Positions 59,742 to 64,000 of a DNA stretch of 64,000 nucleotides are shown one piece after another. The notes under the pieces were generated by a model. That model was not told the origin of the DNA, did not search any database, and worked only from the letters and a program-made list of their open reading frames with translations. This stretch comes from Squalus acanthias (taxonomy: Eukaryota): assembly GCA_030390025.1 (NCBI GenBank), contig CM059432.1, positions 38,256,001 through 38,320,000 of the forward strand. The letters are read 5' to 3'. Each line of letters opens with the position of its first letter. Within the stretch, counting starts at the first letter, position 1. The translations under genes were made by a program, and so were the position numbers.

Positions 59742-60195
59742 TAAAGATTTGTAAGTTCTCAAATCCGCAAATATGTAATGTCAGTCTTCAGGTTGCTGGC
59801 CAGAAATAAATGGTCTTATTGAACTGATACCACAGGCATAAGCGACTAATGCACTGAAATGCAACTTTCCTTGATCCTTTTAGTGCTATAACAGCGTAAC
59901 TACAGTGTTACTGATCAAAAGGAATTTCACCCCTATTATCTTTGTAACAGTGTTGCAGCGAGTATGACTCAATGAATGGGGTAGTCCACAAACCATGCCA
60001 TGTATTGTCTATGCAGCCACAACACAGCAAAGCATCTACATGTACACATCATGTGCTCTTTTCTTCTTGTTCTACTTAATCCAGACCCACAGGAGCAGCA
60101 AGCTGAGTCCTCAGCAATGAGTCCTACCTATGTAACTGAAGCAAGCACCAGCCCAGAAAGACATACTTTAGGTTATTTGACAGATTTAGAGAGAT

Positions 60196-61375
60196 GACCA
60201 GTGGATGTAGTATATTTGGATTTCTATAAGGCATTCGATAAGGTGCCACATAAAAGGTTGTTACACAAGATAAGGCCTCATGGGATTGGAGGTACTGTAA
60301 TATATTAGCATGGATAGAGGATTGGCTAACGGACAGAAAACAGAGAGTAGGGATAAACGGGTTATTTTCAGACTGGCAGGCTGTAACTAGTGTGTTGCCG
60401 CAACGATCAGTGTTGGGGCTTCAGCTATTTGCAATCTATATTAATGACTTAGATGAAGGGACCGAGTGCAATGTATCCAAGTTTGCTGATGATACAAAGC
60501 AAGGTGGAAAAGTAAGCTGTGAGGAGGACACAAAGAGCCTGCAAAGGGATATAGACAGGTTAAGTGAGTGGGCAATAAGGTGGCAGATGGAGTATAATGT
60601 AGGGAAATGTGAGGTTATTCATTTTGGTAGGAAGAATAGAAGAACAGAATATTTTTTAAATGGTGAGAAACTATTAAATGTTGGTGTGTCAGAGAGATTT
60701 GGGTGTCCTCGTACAAGAAACAGAGAGTTAGTGAGCAGGTACAGCAAGCAATTAGGAAGTCGAATGGCATGTTGGCCTTTATTACAAGGGGGTTAGAGTA
60801 CAAGAGTAAGGAAGTCTTGCTATAATTGTACAGGGCTTTGGTGAGACCGCACCTGGAGTACTGTGTACAGTTTTGGTCTCCTTATTTAAGGAAGGATATA
60901 CTTCCTTTAGAGGTTCAACCAAGGTTCACTAGATTGATTCCTGGGATGAGAGGGTTGACCTATGAGGAGAGATTAGGCCTATGCTCGTTGGAATTTAGAA
61001 GAATAAGAGGAGATCTCATTGAAACATATAAGATTCTGAGGGGGATTGACAGGATAGATGCTGAGAGATTGGATAGTCTCAGGATAAGGGGATAAGGGGT
61101 CGGCCTTTTAAGACTGAGTTGAGGAGGAACTTCTTCACTCAGAGGGTTGTGAATCTTTGGAATTCTCTGCTCCAGAAAGCTGTGGATGCTCAGTCGTTGA
61201 GTATATTCAAGGCTGAGATAGATAGATTTTTGGACTCTAGGGGAATCAAGGGATATGGAGATCGGGTGGGAAAGTGGAGTTGAGGTCAATGATCAGCCAT
61301 GATCTTATTGAATAGCGGAGCAGGCTCGAGGGGCTGTATGGCCTACTCCTGCTCCTAATTATTATGTTCTTATGT
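60196..61375 (+). mobile_element. CR1 3' portion (RT to tail)
   Basis: [46 protein letters not shown] tail. Confidence 0.9.
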
Positions 61376-62926
61376 AAAATGAAACCCCTCCCATAACAAA
61401 TATGTAGTTGAAACATATATGGGATATCCGCCACTCGGAATGAATGAAGTTTGACCTCTGCCTGTAACTGCAGAACTACCAGGAAAAGTGGGGCCCATTC
61501 TTGGAGACCCACTTTACCTTAAGCTCAGCCCCTCAACACAATAACCTACCCATGAGCCATGAGAGGCACCAACCCCAACCAACATGACCACCATAATGCA
61601 GAAATCAGGATCAAACAAACTGCATCCACTCTTCCCCAACTTGCACTGCTCCCTCTGCAAGTGGCCTGATGTGGCAATACAAGCCATTTTCCAGGCACTG
61701 TGCAGTAGTTATTGCTTCTTGCTTTGATGTCATGACAGCATTAAGAGACACGTGTGCACTGGAGTCATATATATATGCCAGACCTTAGTTCCCTTCGCTG
61801 AAAGATACTAATGAACCAGTTGGGTTTTTACGACAATCTGGCAGTTTTCATTGTCATTTTTTTGTGCTAGTCAGAAATGACCAGGATGATTCTATTCAAT
61901 TTCACAACTTGCCATGACAGAATTTGCACTCATGACCTCTGTGTTGGTAGTCCAGTCCCATAACCTACTAGCCTACCATGCCCAACTTCATAAACTATGT
62001 ATGGAAATATATTTTCTCATAAAATATGTGTGAATGTACACCTAAATATACAATGAGGTAAAATATCTGTGAATAACTGTACTTAACTGTACACTGGTTT
62101 CATAAAATATGTGAATGCTCACCTATATGTATGATAGCTTCATAAAATGTGAATATACATTCATGAGAATCCAATAAAAAAAGTAAAAGATAAGTTGGGT
62201 ACCATGACAATTTTACCTAGCAGAATTCATTAGTGGCTTCGTTAATGAGGTGCTCATATAATTGGTCCCCAGTGAGTTTGAAGTAGCTCAGCCACTTGCT
62301 ATAGCCATGCTGTCTTGAATAGTAGTGTTGCTCCTTCTAATGTATTTTGCTCCGTTCCATTCTGGACCTCTGCCAATTCACTCCATTAACTTAACACCAC
62401 CTATCTAACAGCTGTCATTAGTGCAATATATGCTAGAAGACAAATTTTCACGTTCATCTTTAATTGGCATTTAATAACCCCTTAACAAGCTGAAAAAACA
62501 TGAACGTAAGCACCTTCTATTACTCTGGATTATTCCCCAGAGAAATTTTAAGAGTATGGGCAAAAATGTACAACACTGTATTAACGCTAATGCATCAAAT
62601 TACCACACATTAATACACAGTTAACAGATGTGTTCGCTCGAGCATACAGAGCAACCTTGCCCTTTCATTCTCTCCCCCCTCCAACCTCCCCCACTACACT
62701 GTCATAACCAATTGTTATGATTGAAGCTTCTTCAGGTACTTTTTCCTTATGCCCAACACAAAAGTCAGCTTCCATAGGCAAATGTTCTCTCTCCTTATGA
62801 ACTGAAGCATAACCATCAGAGAAGAGTAATCTGGAAAAGCATGCCCCAAATTAACAAGACAAGAAATAACAACAGAAAACGCTGGAAAAACTCAGCGGGC
62901 CAGACAACATCCGTGGAGAGAGAAAG

Positions 62927-62963
62927 AGTTAACGTTTCAGGTCGATGACCTTTCGTCAGAACT
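62927..62963 (-). ncRNA. Minimal type I hammerhead ribozyme motif
   Basis: Exact reverse complement of 63438-63474. Confidence 0.72.
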
Positions 62964-63437
62964 GGGAAGAGCCGGAAATCAAATAGATTTAAGGCCAGCG
63001 AAAAGCTGGGAAAAGGGGGAGGGGATAAAGGAACAAAGGGGGAGATGAAGAGACATTAAGAGACATTAAGAGATATGCAAGGCTAGAGGTGGTGTTAATG
63101 TGACAGGCACGCTACAGCCCTCTGGACTCAATATCGAGATCAACAATTTTAGATCATAACCTCAGCTCCAATCACATTTATATTTTATTTTTTCCACCCT
63201 TTTATTTGCCCCCCCCACCTTTTTTTTTTCCTCCTAGAAGCTGGCAGCTGTCCTTCATTCTGCCAGTGGATTTCACACTTCTTTCAGCCTTAATCTGTCA
63301 CATTAACACCACCTCTAGCCTTGCATATCTCTTAATGTCTCTTAATGTCTCTTCATCTCCCCCTTTGTTCCTTTATCCCCTCCCCCTTTTCCCAGCTTTT
63401 CCCTGGCCTTAAATCTATTTGATTTCGGGCTCTTCCC

Positions 63438-63474
63438 AGTTCTGACGAAAGGTCATCGACCTGAAACGTTAACT
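63438..63474 (+). ncRNA. Minimal type I hammerhead ribozyme motif
   Basis: AGTT-CTGACGA-A-AGGTCatcGACCT-GAAA-CG-TT-AACT: stem I AGTT/AACT, stem II AGGTC/GACCT, palindromic AACGTT in place of stem III. Confidence 0.75.
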
Positions 63475-64000
63475 CTTTCTCTCTCCACGGATGTTGTCTG
63501 GCCCGCTGAGTTTTTCCAGCGTTTTCTGTTGTTATTTCGGATTTCCAGCATCCGCAGTATTTTGCTATCGTATTAACAAGACAAGAGTTCCTCCGCGACA
63601 CCCTGGCCCACTCCTCTATCACCCCCAACACCCCCTCCTGTTCCCACGGCACTTTCCCGTGAAATGCAACACCTGCCCTTTTACCTCCTCCTTTTCCACC
63701 GTCCAGGGCCCCAAACACTCCGTCCAGGTTAAACAGCGATGTACTTGTACTTCTTGCAATTTAGTATACTGTATTCGCTGCTCACGGTGAGGTCTCCTCT
63801 ACACTGGGGAGGCCAAACACAGATTGGGTGACCGCTTTGCGGAACACCTCCGTTCAGTCCGCAAGCGTGACCCCGAGCTTCCGGTCGCCTGTCACTTTAA
63901 TTCTCCGCTCCACTCCCACTCTGATCTCTCTGTCGTCAGCCTCCTACACTGTTCCAATGAAGCTCAACGTAAGCTCGAGGAACAGCACCTCATCTTTCCA

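Larger units (their letters stand above)
62863..64000 (+). mobile_element. Penelope-like element termini: inverted partial pLTR (62863-63106), forward pLTR (63107-63571), then GIY-YIG region running off the window
   Basis: 244-bp inverted repeat; LVYCIRCSR*GLLYTGE..RFAEHLRSV..VACHFNS GIY-YIG motif from ~63760. Confidence 0.85.

Overview
Repeat-saturated vertebrate genomic DNA, most likely a cartilaginous fish (inferred from the repeat landscape: CR1/L2 LINEs, a Deu-domain SINE, Penelope-like elements, Harbinger transposons). No host protein-coding exon could be identified. The centrepiece is a young, nearly intact 12.7-kb endogenous retrovirus-like provirus on the minus strand (18414-31115). 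It has 1661-bp LTRs in which I saw only two differences, a 4-bp TSD (TGAC), a tRNA-Arg PBS overlapping the first gag ATG, and gag-pol joined by an in-frame UGA-CUAG stop. Pol carries two RNase H domains, and the env is atypical: signal peptide, Ig-like domain, then a furin-cleaved class I fusion protein, split by a one-base shift at a U7 run. This architecture fits the lokiretrovirus-type lineage rather than ordinary Gypsy elements or orthoretroviruses. The provirus is nested in an unrelated solo LTR, itself inside a CR1, and a diverged solo LTR of the same family lies inverted at 45870-47498. The window also holds three two-gene Harbinger elements (one with an intact transposase), their MITE derivatives, a near full-length CR1 with an esterase ORF1, and Penelope-like termini carrying minimal hammerhead ribozyme motifs, including a young inverted pair.
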